Shown: positions 36,711-46,858, counted from the first letter of the stretch. The stretch: DNA of 64,000 bases from Schleiferiaceae bacterium (GCA_963715655.1 OY970262.1:2565236-2629235); one strand, 5' to 3'. Notes: a model not told the origin generated them from the sequence alone. Translations and numbers: made by a program.

Positions 36711-37634
36711 ATGCAATCTACTTTTAGTTTAGCCATACACGGAGGTGCCGGTACTATTTTACCCGCAGAACTTACTCCTGAAAAAGAGCAGGCGTACAAA
36801 AGCGCCTTAGCGGATGCTTTACAAGTGGGTAACGATGCTTTAAAAGCCGGCAAATCTGCCATAGATGCTGTGGAACTTACCGTAAATAGTTTAGAAAACT
36901 GTCCGCTTTTTAATGCCGGAAAAGGTGCTGTTTTTACCGCCACCGGTGGTTTTGAATTAGATGCAGCCATTATGAACGGTAAAGATTTATCAGCCGGAGC
37001 CGTGGCCAGTGTTAAAAATATTGCCAACCCAATTTCTTTGGCGCGTAAAGTTTTTGAACACACTCAGCACGTATTGTTAGGTGGTGAGGGTGCTTTAGCT
37101 TTTGCTAAAAGCATCGGTATTGAGCAACAGCCAGACGCCTATTTTTTTACACAACAGCGTTATGATCAATGGCAGGAATTAAAAGGAACGGACACCGTTT
37201 CCTTAGACCATGGTTCATCTAAACCCATTGGTACCGTGGGCGCTGTGGCTTGTGATATGCACGGAAATGTAGCAGCCGCAACCTCAACAGGGGGCATGAC
37301 GAACAAAAAATTTGGTCGCATTGGCGATACCCCTTTAATCGGTTCTGGTGCCTATGCCAATAACAGAACCTGTGCAGTTTCTACCACCGGACATGGCGAA
37401 TATTTTATGCGCTCGGTAGTAGCGTATGATGTTTCCTGCCTTATGGAATATAAAGGTTTATCGCTTGAAGAAGCTTGTAATTACGTAGTAAAGGATAAGT
37501 TGGTAAAATTTGGTGGTGAAGGTGGTTTAATTGCCGTGGATGCCAAAGGAAATATCTGTTTACCTTTTAACTCGGAAGGGATGTACCGAGGATTTATCCG
37601 TGAAAACGGAAAAATTGAAACCGCTATTTTTTAA
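36711..37634 (+). CDS. iaaA: Isoaspartyl dipeptidase / plant-type asparaginase (Ntn hydrolase)
   Basis: LAIHGGAGTI at the N-terminus and the autoproteolytic GTVGAVA segment. Adjacent to the cyanophycin genes, consistent with cleavage of beta-Asp-Arg dipeptides. Confidence 0.8.
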   Translation: MQSTFSLAIHGGAGTILPAELTPEKEQAYKSALADALQVGNDALKAGKSAIDAVELTVNSLENCPLFNAGKGAVFTATGGFELDAAIMNGKDLSAGAVASVKNIANPISLARKVFEHTQHVLLGGEGALAFAKSIGIEQQPDAYFFTQQRYDQWQELKGTDTVSLDHGSSKPIGTVGAVACDMHGNVAAATSTGGMTNKKFGRIGDTPLIGSGAYANNRTCAVSTTGHGEYFMRSVVAYDVSCLMEYKGLSLEEACNYVVKDKLVKFGGEGGLIAVDAKGNICLPFNSEGMYRGFIRENGKIETAIF

Positions 37635-37641
37635 ACCACCA

Positions 37642-38544
37642 TTAAACGGTTTCTAACGCAGCTGCCGTAAAATTTTTGGTTTCCAAATTATACTTATCTC
37701 CTTTTGCCAAGGCGTGCACCACCATATTTGCTAAACTTATGGGCGCATTTTTAGGCAAGCTGCTAATGTTATTATGCGTTAATTTCTGACCATCAAAAAT
37801 TAACACCAAACCCGAACCAATTACTTCCAAGTGTTTATTTTCGGTTACCAATACCGCGGTATCTTCACCCAAACCAACACCTAAACATTTAGGATTGGCA
37901 GCTACAGCTTGCGATAATCTGCCAAAGCGACCACGAGTAATAAAATGAGAATCAATAATTACGTTAGGCAATAGATTTAAACCCTTCATAATTTTTACAC
38001 CGCCTTTTAAAAGCGCTTCTACCCTGCCACCACGGGCAATCATTACATGAGACATAGCCATGGCTCCCGCACTTGTACCCGCTATAATCAATCCATCATT
38101 AGCATAGCGGTTTTGTAAAATCTCTAAAAATTCTGAACCTCTAAAAAAGTTTGATAAACGTGCTTGATTTCCACCGGTAAACATCACACCATCGGCTGAA
38201 GATAAGCGGGTTAAGTAGTTTTTTTCGTCAGCCTCTTCTTTACTCTTAATGTGCATAAACTGCACATTAGTACAACCTAATTTATCAAAAGCATGTGCAT
38301 AACTTTCTGCCACCTCCAGAGGTATGCTAGATGCCGAAGTGATTACTTCAATATGGGCATCTATTCCACCGCTTTCTGCCACTACGCGCGCTAAAATACC
38401 TAATTCAAAAAAATCGCGATCTAGTTTTGCAATTACCTTTTGGGTATTCTCTCCGCGCTTATCTCCTTCTTCAAACTTATACTCGTTTCCGCCTATGGAA
38501 ATTAATTTACCTAATGGCATAGTGGTTTTTTTATTGGGGCGCAA
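37642..38544 (-). CDS. cphB: Cyanophycinase (peptidase S51)
   Basis: Motifs ISIGGNE and GTSAGAMAMS (catalytic Ser), ~300 aa. Confidence 0.8.
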   Translation of the reverse strand: MRPNKKTTMPLGKLISIGGNEYKFEEGDKRGENTQKVIAKLDRDFFELGILARVVAESGGIDAHIEVITSASSIPLEVAESYAHAFDKLGCTNVQFMHIKSKEEADEKNYLTRLSSADGVMFTGGNQARLSNFFRGSEFLEILQNRYANDGLIIAGTSAGAMAMSHVMIARGGRVEALLKGGVKIMKGLNLLPNVIIDSHFITRGRFGRLSQAVAANPKCLGVGLGEDTAVLVTENKHLEVIGSGLVLIFDGQKLTHNNISSLPKNAPISLANMVVHALAKGDKYNLETKNFTAAALETV

Positions 38545-38723
38545 AAGTAAGTATTGTGGCGGTTATTAGAATGATAAAGTTAACGTTAGCTTAACAAAGC
38601 AATACACTTTAAACAGCTAAAAATCCTTCGCAACAATAAAAATTAATCAAAATGTGGAGGCTTTAAAGTTATTTCTATCTTAAACGCGCTAAACAGGTAC
38701 ATAAAAACAGCAAAACAAACCGT

Positions 38724-41351
38724 ATGAAAATAAATGATTTACGCGTAATGCGTGGGCCTAATTACTGGTCAATAAGACGACACAAACTGGTGGTAATGGT
38801 ACTTGATTTAGAGGAACTTGAAGAACTTCCTACCAATAAAATTGATGGTTTTTACGAACGTTTAAAAGAAATGTTTCCCGGTATGTATGAGCACCGTTGC
38901 TCGGTAGGTGCGCCCGGTGGATTTTTTGAACGCGTACAAGAAGGCACTTGGATTGGGCACGTTATTGAACATATCGCCTTAGAAATTCAGAGTTTGGCAG
39001 GTATGGAAACCGGTTTTGGCCGTACCCGTGGCACCGGAAATCATGGTGAATACAACGTAGTATTTTCTTATGCCGAAGAAAATGTGGGACTTTTTGCTGC
39101 AAAAGCATCCGTATATATTGCACGTGCTTTAATTGATAATAAGCCCTATAATTTAGAAGATGATATTCAGCACATGCGCGAACTGCGTGAGAAAGAACGC
39201 CTTGGCCCAAGCACCGGTTCTATTGTAGAAGAAGCTGCTAGCAGAGGTATTCCTTGGTTGCGCTTAAACCGATATAGCCTTGTGCAACTAGGCTATGGCG
39301 CAAACCAAAAACGCATACAGGCAACGGTGGCAAGTTCCACAGGAAGCATAGCAGTAGAATTAGCGTGCGACAAGGAAGACACTAAGGAACTTTTAGAAGC
39401 CAACGGAATTCCCGTTCCACGCGGACGTATTGTGCGCAGTGAAGAAGGATTAATGGAAGCTATTGATCGAATTGGTTATCCGGTGGTAACCAAACCTATT
39501 GACGGCAATCATGGTCGTGGCGCCACTATAAATATTACTAATGATGCCGATGCCAAAGTAGCCTATACAGTAGCTAAAGAACACAGTCGCTCCATTATTG
39601 TAGAACGTTATATTTCAGGTTTTGACCACCGATTGCTCGTAATTGACAATCAATTTGTGGCTGCGGCCAGACGTACGCCTGCTAGTGTTACGGGCGATGG
39701 CACCTCCAACATACAACAATTGATTGATAAAGTAAACGCAGACCCAAGGCGTGGTTATGGACACGAAAAAGTGCTGACAGCCATTACCGTAGATCATCAC
39801 ACCGAATTAATTTTAAAAGAACAAAATCTTACGCTTGACTCAGTTATCCCGAAAGGAGAATTATTATTATTAAAACCAACCGCCAACCTTAGCACCGGTG
39901 GTACTGCGGAGGATATTACCGATGCCGTGCATCCGTATAACATCTTTATGGCCGAACGTATTTCTAAAATTATAGGTTTAGATATTTGCGGTATCGACAT
40001 TATTGCGAAAGATGTAAGCACGCCCATTGATGAGAATGGTGGTGCTGTAATTGAAGTAAATGCCGGCCCCGGTTTTAGAATGCACCTTGCTCCTACGCAC
40101 GGTTTAGCGCGCAATGTAGCGGGTAATGTTGTTGATATGCTTTTCCCGCAAGGCACACCATTTAAAATTCCAATTATTGCTGTTACGGGCACTAATGGAA
40201 AAACTACCACTACACGATTAATGGCGCATATAGTGCGTAACATGGGCTATAAAGTTGGCTTTACCACTTCAGACGGTGTATATATTCAAAACCGGATGTT
40301 GCAAAAAGGCGACTGCACCGGCCCAGTAAGCGCTGAATTTGTGCTACGCGACCCAACGGTAAATTTTGCTGTATTAGAAACAGCTAGAGGAGGAATTTTA
40401 CGTGCCGGTCTTGGTTTCGGAAACTGTGACATTGCCATTATTACGAACATCGCTGCTGATCATTTAGGTTTAAAGGGTATTAACACGTTAGAGGATTTAG
40501 CGCGCGTAAAATCTATTGTTGCTGAAAGCGTGCTACCCGAAGGTTACGCTATTTTAAATGCTGACGATGATTTGGTGTACGATATGCGTAAAAACGTAAA
40601 CAGCAATGTGGCATTCTTTAGTTTAAAAGAGGATAATCCGCGTATTATAGCGCATTGCAGCAAAGGTGGCTTGGCCGCGATTTATGAAAATGGGTACATT
40701 ACTATATGCAAAGGCGAATGGAAAATGAGGATAGAAAAAGCCGTAAATATTCCCATTACGTTTAGAGGAAAAGCGGAGTTTAATATTGCCAATACGCTAC
40801 CCGCTGTGCTTGCGAGTTTTATACGTGGGTTTAAAATTGCGGATATCAAACAAGCGTTGGAAACCTTTGTACCATCGCCAGCGCAAACGCCCGGACGTAT
40901 GAATATGTTCCGTTTTAAAGATTTTGATGTGATGTTGGATTACGCCCACAACCCGGCTGGCTTTACCGCCATTGGTAACTTTTTAGCACAAGTAGATGCC
41001 ACTGAAAAAGTGGGTATTATTGCTGGTGTAGGCGATAGACGCGATGAGGACATTCTGGAACTTGGTGCTTTAAGCGCAAAAATGTTTGACAAGATTATTA
41101 TCCGTCAAGATAAAAACCTGCGTGGCCGCACCGAGGAGGAATTAATTGGCCTAATGAAGCAAGGTATTTTAAATGAAGATCCTAAAAAGGAAATTTTGAT
41201 AATACCCAAAGAAAGTGAAGCGATACGCTATGCGGTAAGCAACGCCAAAAAAGATTCTTTTATAGTGATTTGCAGCGATGTGGTACCCGATGCCTTAGAA
41301 TTAGTAAGACAACTTAATGAGGAGGAAGATTTGGCTTCGGCTAAGGTTTAA
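38724..41351 (+). CDS. cphA: Cyanophycin synthetase (ATP-grasp plus Mur-ligase domains)
   Basis: 875 aa. N-terminal MKINDLRVMRGPNYWS, an ATP-grasp region, then a Mur-ligase P-loop (IIAVTGTNGKTTTTRL). Confidence 0.9.
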   Translation: MKINDLRVMRGPNYWSIRRHKLVVMVLDLEELEELPTNKIDGFYERLKEMFPGMYEHRCSVGAPGGFFERVQEGTWIGHVIEHIALEIQSLAGMETGFGRTRGTGNHGEYNVVFSYAEENVGLFAAKASVYIARALIDNKPYNLEDDIQHMRELREKERLGPSTGSIVEEAASRGIPWLRLNRYSLVQLGYGANQKRIQATVASSTGSIAVELACDKEDTKELLEANGIPVPRGRIVRSEEGLMEAIDRIGYPVVTKPIDGNHGRGATINITNDADAKVAYTVAKEHSRSIIVERYISGFDHRLLVIDNQFVAAARRTPASVTGDGTSNIQQLIDKVNADPRRGYGHEKVLTAITVDHHTELILKEQNLTLDSVIPKGELLLLKPTANLSTGGTAEDITDAVHPYNIFMAERISKIIGLDICGIDIIAKDVSTPIDENGGAVIEVNAGPGFRMHLAPTHGLARNVAGNVVDMLFPQGTPFKIPIIAVTGTNGKTTTTRLMAHIVRNMGYKVGFTTSDGVYIQNRMLQKGDCTGPVSAEFVLRDPTVNFAVLETARGGILRAGLGFGNCDIAIITNIAADHLGLKGINTLEDLARVKSIVAESVLPEGYAILNADDDLVYDMRKNVNSNVAFFSLKEDNPRIIAHCSKGGLAAIYENGYITICKGEWKMRIEKAVNIPITFRGKAEFNIANTLPAVLASFIRGFKIADIKQALETFVPSPAQTPGRMNMFRFKDFDVMLDYAHNPAGFTAIGNFLAQVDATEKVGIIAGVGDRRDEDILELGALSAKMFDKIIIRQDKNLRGRTEEELIGLMKQGILNEDPKKEILIIPKESEAIRYAVSNAKKDSFIVICSDVVPDALELVRQLNEEEDLASAKV

Positions 41352-41406
41352 AAATTGAGTGTTTGCGTGTTTCTAATTTGTGCTTCAAGAATAAAAAAAT
41401 GTTATG

Positions 41407-41440
41407 GCAGTTGAATACAAATCTGCGCTAGTTGAAATAT
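41407..41440. repeat. Short interspersed repeat copy (ggcagttgaatacaaatctgcgctagttga) on the left flank of the low-GC cassette
   Basis: It shares the core caaatctgcgc(t/c)ag with three further copies at 43447-43618. Confidence 0.6.
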
Positions 41441-41474
41441 GTAAGACTATTAAATAAATGAAAATAGGTACGAA

Positions 41475-42284
41475 ATGAATAAAGAGGTTAGAGAAGGTTT
41501 TATACCAGATTGGGCTATGGGAACACAGGGTGCTATGATTAATATTGTCAAAAATATTAATTCTGAAACAGCAACAACTTGGCCAACCATACGTGGTTTT
41601 AAATTTAGCCCCTATCGTTATAATGATTTTATGTTGCTCGTCTTACAGGATGAACCAAATCCTCAAGGAGCGATGATTGGATCAGGGGCTTTTTTAACAT
41701 TGCCCGAAAGTATTACTACATCTGTTCCGGTAAACATCGAAACATTTAGAAATATATATCAAACTGTTGTAGCTGCATTTAATTTGACTACTAGTGATTT
41801 TATTTATTTTATACCTATTAAAGAGGGTGGAAATTTGAAGGAAAACTATTCAAAATTTTCTGAGGAAGAAGTCTTCTTTTGGGAATATCAACATAGTTTC
41901 AATATTAAAAACTATCGCGATATTGATAACCATACAACACCTTCACCCACACCAAAACCCACCGCAGCACCAATTACAATCGTGAATAATCATTATCACC
42001 TAAGCGATAATTCAAGAATTAATAATAATTCAACTGACAATTCTGTAAATAAGCAGACAATCAGTTTTAAAAGTTCAGTTTATGAAGATTTAAACAAAAG
42101 GGCTGAAGAAATAAATAGCATATCAGAGCAGAAGGAAGTTAAAAAAGCGATATCGGAAATGGAGCAAAGTGAAAACATTCAATCCTTCAAATCTGCATAT
42201 AATAGCTTTATAGCGAAAGCTGCTAATCACATGACACTGTTTTCTCCATTTATTCCTGCACTTACAGAGATGTTAATCAAATAA
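41475..42284 (+). CDS. Hypothetical protein (269 aa) with S/T/P-rich linker; partner gene of the SIR2-like protein
   Basis: No recognisable motif. Contains a low-complexity linker HTTPSPTPKPTAAP. AT-rich codon usage differs from neighbouring genes. Confidence 0.45.
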   Translation: MNKEVREGFIPDWAMGTQGAMINIVKNINSETATTWPTIRGFKFSPYRYNDFMLLVLQDEPNPQGAMIGSGAFLTLPESITTSVPVNIETFRNIYQTVVAAFNLTTSDFIYFIPIKEGGNLKENYSKFSEEEVFFWEYQHSFNIKNYRDIDNHTTPSPTPKPTAAPITIVNNHYHLSDNSRINNNSTDNSVNKQTISFKSSVYEDLNKRAEEINSISEQKEVKKAISEMEQSENIQSFKSAYNSFIAKAANHMTLFSPFIPALTEMLIK

Positions 42285-42334
42285 AGTTTCATTCCAATTA
42301 CTTGAAGGTTACCATTTACAACAATAATTGAAGC

Positions 42335-43411
42335 ATGCAGGAGGACACACACAGAATTCTTTACATCTTAGGAGCTGGTGCTAGTGCTAATGCGATACCT
42401 CCTGTAAATGGACTTAACCACGCCATAATTGTTTGGGGCAATGCAATGAAGGAATATACTAGCGTATTGGAATTACCTCAAAAGCACAGTCTCAGCAGAC
42501 TCTCTAAACTGTTTTTAAGATTTGGACAAGAAGCAAAGACATCTTTTTCTGTTGATACACTTGCTAGAAAATATTACCTTAGAAAAGACTTCAAGACATT
42601 AGGAAAGTTAAAAACAGTGATAGCATTGACGATCCAATTAGAAAGTTTGAGTAATCCTAAATTGTTGAAACCTTTTCTCCCGTATCGAGAGCAGGTACTC
42701 ACTGATTTACGATATGAAGCCTTTTTGGCCAGCCTTATTGACGAGCATACTAAGGCTATACCTGATTCGATTAGAATCATTAGTTGGAACTATGATTTAC
42801 AACTAACTCAAGCTTATCTTCAAATACTTAACAAGTTTAACGCTGATATGAGTAAGTCATATTACGAGGAGGAGGTTGATGGATATACACATCTAACAAA
42901 ATTAAATGGATCTATCTACAACGATAGCACCTTCAGTGATTCCTATTCAGACCTCAGTTTAATTGAACATCATAAGCATAAGTTGTCTAAAAATGCACTT
43001 TTAGTGCATGGATTAATAGAGTTTATTGAGGACAGAAAAAGCAATTGGTATAAATTGACAAATATTGGTAGTATTAAATTTGCGTGGGAAGAGAATCGTG
43101 ATTTTTCAGCGCTCGAAGCTTTTAGTCCAACAATTATTGTTGTGATTGGATATAGTTTCCCAACGTACAATAGAGATGTTGACAAGAATATTCTTAATAC
43201 ATTAAATGGCACAAAGGAAAGCAAAGTGTATGTCCAATGTAATTTTAGAACTAGTAAAGGTAAGTTGGTTAGAAATTTTGATGGAGTAAAATCAAATTTA
43301 TTAGGATTAGGGGTATCTGCTGAGAAAATTGTGGAAGTAGCAGAGTCTAATGAATTTAGAATACCCTTTGAATTGAATAAGCCATTAGACCCGTTCGGAT
43401 TTGTGATTTAA
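42335..43411 (+). CDS. SIR2-like (SIR2_2/DHS-like NAD-binding) domain protein, candidate defence NADase
   Basis: N-terminal ILYILGAGASANAIP (GAGxS), a central WNYDLQLTQAY (compare the TNYD motif of ThsA-type SIR2), and a later IVVIGYSFPTYNRD (compare VGFSFTD). The position equivalent to the catalytic His appears to be Asn (KLNGS). Confidence 0.5.
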   Translation: MQEDTHRILYILGAGASANAIPPVNGLNHAIIVWGNAMKEYTSVLELPQKHSLSRLSKLFLRFGQEAKTSFSVDTLARKYYLRKDFKTLGKLKTVIALTIQLESLSNPKLLKPFLPYREQVLTDLRYEAFLASLIDEHTKAIPDSIRIISWNYDLQLTQAYLQILNKFNADMSKSYYEEEVDGYTHLTKLNGSIYNDSTFSDSYSDLSLIEHHKHKLSKNALLVHGLIEFIEDRKSNWYKLTNIGSIKFAWEENRDFSALEAFSPTIIVVIGYSFPTYNRDVDKNILNTLNGTKESKVYVQCNFRTSKGKLVRNFDGVKSNLLGLGVSAEKIVEVAESNEFRIPFELNKPLDPFGFVI

Positions 43412-43446
43412 ATTCAATGAATGTAATTGCCATAATAGTATCAATT

Positions 43447-43618
43447 CTCACCCGCTAGCGCGGATTTGTAATCCGTGCTTTTAAAATTCTTTAATTTAGA
43501 TTAAAAATGATTTGACACTATTGGCAGTTTTAGCCCTCACTAGCGCAGGTTTATAATTTGTTCTTCACAAAAGTTAAAAAAATAGTGGCCATAGATTGCA
43601 AATCTGCGCCAGCTGACG
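43447..43618. repeat. Three more copies of the short interspersed repeat on the right flank of the cassette (two inverted, one direct)
   Basis: ctcacccgctagcgcggatttgtaatccg (43447-43475), ggcagttttagccctcactagcgcaggtttataatttg (43523-43560) and ccatagattgcaaatctgcgccagctgacg (43589-43618). Confidence 0.6.
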
Positions 43619-43671
43619 ACAAAGAATGAGATAATTGTACTAACTTTATAAAGCTTTACTTTAGCATTATT

Positions 43672-43911
43672 ATGGAAACAACAAATTTGAGAAGAAGAAT
43701 CTTAGCCTTTGTGCAGCACGCTGACGTAGAGCACCTTAAACGCTTAGAAGCGTTTATAATAAGAGAACCATCTGATCTATCCATTTTAACTGAGAAACAA
43801 AAAGTTGAGCTTGATGAGCAGGAGGCATTTTATGCATCAGGAAATGGTGAGGTGTACGCATGGAATGATATTAAGCAGGAACTGATTGATGAGCATGGCC
43901 TATCAACTTGA
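43672..43911 (+). CDS. Type II antitoxin (addiction-module component)
   Basis: 79 aa acidic protein whose 3' end overlaps the following RelE/ParE-like gene by 26 nt. Confidence 0.55.
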   Translation: METTNLRRRILAFVQHADVEHLKRLEAFIIREPSDLSILTEKQKVELDEQEAFYASGNGEVYAWNDIKQELIDEHGLST

Positions 43912-44182
43912 ACTTAGGGAAAATGCCCGTACAGGTGTAATTAATGGATTTAAATGGTATGAGACAAAAAGCGAAGGGCTTGGAGCAAGGTTTGTCCAGC
44001 AAGTAGAAGATGTAATTGAGTACATAGGTAAAGATCCCTTGCACTTTCAGGTTAGGTATAAAGATTATAGAGAAGCACTTTTAAAAAACTTTCCCTACGT
44101 TGTAATATATCAAGTTATAGGAAACCTTGTCATCGTTTCATCGGTATATCCGGCACGCGCTAATCCTGAAAAAAAGATATAG
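43886..44182 (+). CDS. RelE/ParE-family type II toxin
   Basis: 98 aa with ... FPYVVIYQVIGNLVIVSSVYPARANPEKK, a typical ParE/RelE C-terminus. Confidence 0.7.
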   Translation: MMSMAYQLELRENARTGVINGFKWYETKSEGLGARFVQQVEDVIEYIGKDPLHFQVRYKDYREALLKNFPYVVIYQVIGNLVIVSSVYPARANPEKKI

Positions 44183-44728
44183 GTTGAGAAAGGCTCTCTA
44201 GCTCACCCGCTTTTTTCAAAACCTTCCCACTCTAAATATACATGTAATAAATACTTGTAAACCAAATACTTGAATTTTGCTAATCTTTACCTAATACATA
44301 CCAAGTAACCTGAGTTCGATTAAAACCAAAATAAATTAAGCTGATAATCAATAGTTCCAAAACAACAAGCTAGCCCCTAAATTCCTACCGCTAAAGCAGC
44401 ACTTACGGCCTAATGAGGACTTTAGCTACGCGTGTAGTTAAATCAAATTCTTTTGAATCTTATTTAACCCTTTACGACAGTGCCCAAGAAGGCTCATTAG
44501 TCAATAATAAATCTTTAAGCTGTTTGCCTTTTAACCTGTAATAGAAAAAACAGAATAAAATTTTCTAAACTATTATTTGTCGCTGAATAGTAGTACAAAC
44601 CAGCTTTAAACTATTGTTGTGAAAAACTATAGATTGAAATAGCTTTGCCAGTGCAAAAGCATAGTATTTGCTAACCACGTAATACCTTGCCGTTGCACGT
44701 TTATAAGACTTCATAAAAATTCCACCGT

Positions 44729-45316
44729 TTGAAAAAAATACTCTTTAGCCTAACGCTTTGTCTTGCCAATCTTTACGCTTTTGCCCAAAATGAAATAGAA
44801 TGGTCGCCCAACGTGCAATTAACGTTAGAAGATTTTCAATCACCTTCTACGGAAATAAACCCTGCCTTTAATAGCGTTTCATTGAGTGGTGGGTCAAGCC
44901 TATCCTTTGCAATAGCCATGAGTTCTTTAGAATTTATGCTTACTAAAAACTTTAATAGCAAAGTAAGCTGTGTTTTTTATAAAAACACGGCTATGGTTGT
45001 TGCACCTGATACCGCCAATGCTATGCAACTCGTTAATTTTGAAATGTACTGTTTTAACTTAAGTGAACTTTACGCCCGTAAAATGAGAAGGAAGCTACAC
45101 GAAGAAAAGCGTGTTTTCTCAAACTTGAGTTATTTTGAACCCATTTACAATAGCTACCAACTATCACTAAACAGCCGAAAAACAGCTACTCAAAAACTAA
45201 CCGAATTTGGAGCAAAGGCTGATTTGTTAGCACAGGAAAACGGCAGGGTATTAGCGGAAATTGAAACGCTGGCTGATTTTTGCAAAACGTGCACACCACC
45301 AAAAAAGAAGAAGTAA
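44729..45316 (+). CDS. Hypothetical secreted protein / lipoprotein
   Basis: TTG start and signal peptide KKILFSLTLCLANLYAFAQ. No other motif. Confidence 0.45.
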   Translation: MKKILFSLTLCLANLYAFAQNEIEWSPNVQLTLEDFQSPSTEINPAFNSVSLSGGSSLSFAIAMSSLEFMLTKNFNSKVSCVFYKNTAMVVAPDTANAMQLVNFEMYCFNLSELYARKMRRKLHEEKRVFSNLSYFEPIYNSYQLSLNSRKTATQKLTEFGAKADLLAQENGRVLAEIETLADFCKTCTPPKKKK

Positions 45317-45448
45317 TCCACCAGTTGCGCTTACATTTTTATTTCCTTAAGCGGATTAGTTAAAATAATACTGCTCGGAGTAACCATTCAGAACAATTCG
45401 ATTTTTAAAACCTTGTTAGTTTGTTGCTTTTTAAAAAGCAGTGGATTT

Positions 45449-46057
45449 ATGAAGCAAGCTAGTTACTTACAGAATTTCCGTTCTTTTATTGAAGAAATTT
45501 CGCCTATTAGCGAAAAGGATTGGGACTTTTTCTCCACTAAATTAGTGGAGCGCGTTATTCCTAAAAAAACCATTTTTCTTAAATCAGGTGAAATTGAAAA
45601 CCACATTAGCTTTATAGAAGCAGGTTGGATACGTTTATTTATTCCTCATGAAGACCCGGAAAAAGAAATAACGTTTGGCTTTAGTGGTAAAAGTGAGTTT
45701 ATAAGTGCTTATGATTCCTTCTTAACCCAGCGCCCAAGTTTATATCAATTAGAAACACTTACTGACACTACGCTTTGGAGTATTTCCTATCAACATTTAC
45801 AACAAGTTTACAAGCATACAGAAATTGGCAATCACATCGGTCGCCTAACGGCAGAACGCCTCTTTTTACTAAAATCAAAACGTGAACAGTCTCTTTTACA
45901 GGATACCGCCCAACAGCGCTATTTAAATTTACAGAAAAACCGGCCTGCACTTTTTGATAACGTTCCACTTAAATATTTAGCCTCTTACATAGGTGTAACA
46001 CCACAAGCACTCAGCCGAATACGCAAAAGAGTTACTGAACCCAAGTTCATTGTTTAG
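45449..46057 (+). CDS. Crp/Fnr-family transcriptional regulator (cNMP-binding plus HTH)
   Basis: Start taken at the internal Met (tracked ORF begins 45413). A beta-roll region (IFLKSGEIENHISFIEAGWIRLF) and a C-terminal HTH (LKYLASYIGVTPQALSRIRKR). Confidence 0.8.
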   Translation: MKQASYLQNFRSFIEEISPISEKDWDFFSTKLVERVIPKKTIFLKSGEIENHISFIEAGWIRLFIPHEDPEKEITFGFSGKSEFISAYDSFLTQRPSLYQLETLTDTTLWSISYQHLQQVYKHTEIGNHIGRLTAERLFLLKSKREQSLLQDTAQQRYLNLQKNRPALFDNVPLKYLASYIGVTPQALSRIRKRVTEPKFIV

Positions 46058-46102
46058 CACCTCGTTGTACAGCACCTTTGCAGCCTCTTATAAAATAGGC
46101 AG

Positions 46103-46858
46103 ATGGCAATTTTCATTTTTTTAGTAGTGCTCTGGTACGGAGGACTTTTTTTTCAAACATTTTTCTTGCACCGTTACGCAGCTCATCAAACGTTTACCAT
46201 GAGTAAGCGGAAGGAAAAAGTAGTGTTTATCTTAACCTGGATTTTTCAGGGTAGCAGCTATTTAAGTGCCTACGGGTATGGTATTATGCACCGTTTGCAC
46301 CATGCTTACGCAGATACTGAAAACGACCCGCATTCACCAAAATATGATGATAGTCTGTTTTCTATGATGTGGCGCACCAAAGGCATTTATCAAGATATTA
46401 ATAACGATAAAATTGAAGTAGAACCAAAATTTAAAAAGAACGTACCGCAATGGAAAAGCTTTGACCGCTTTGCCAGCTCTATGTACTCGCGTGTTTTTTG
46501 GGGCGTTTTATACGGAGTGTTTTTTATGGTTTTTGCAACGGCTTGGTGGCAATTTTTATTTTTACCCTTAGCCTTTTTAATGGCTCCCGTACACGGTGTA
46601 ATTATTAATTGGTATGCTCACATTTATGGGTATTCCAACTTTAAAGTAACTGATACTTCCAAAAATTTACTACCGTTTGATTTTTTAATGATGGGCGAGT
46701 CTTACCATAATAATCACCATAAACATAGTACCAGAGCTAATTTTGGTGGTGTGCGTTGGCATGAAATTGATCCTACCTATCAAATAATGCGGGTGTTAAA
46801 TCTACTACGCATTATTAATTTGAAACCGCAAACGGTAAGGGTGAGCAGGGAGCGATAA
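46103..46858 (+). CDS. Membrane fatty-acid (acyl-CoA/acyl-lipid) desaturase family protein
   Basis: Histidine boxes HRLHHAY and HNNHHKH with hydrophobic TM stretches. Confidence 0.8.
   Translation: MAIFIFLVVLWYGGLFFQTFFLHRYAAHQTFTMSKRKEKVVFILTWIFQGSSYLSAYGYGIMHRLHHAYADTENDPHSPKYDDSLFSMMWRTKGIYQDINNDKIEVEPKFKKNVPQWKSFDRFASSMYSRVFWGVLYGVFFMVFATAWWQFLFLPLAFLMAPVHGVIINWYAHIYGYSNFKVTDTSKNLLPFDFLMMGESYHNNHHKHSTRANFGGVRWHEIDPTYQIMRVLNLLRIINLKPQTVRVSRER

Noticed and set aside
44300-44345. tRNA-like GTTCGATT motif (gagttcgattaaaacc)
   Set aside because: No acceptor stem, no CCA-compatible 3' end, and no D-arm complement nearby. No tRNA cloverleaf could be built anywhere in the window.
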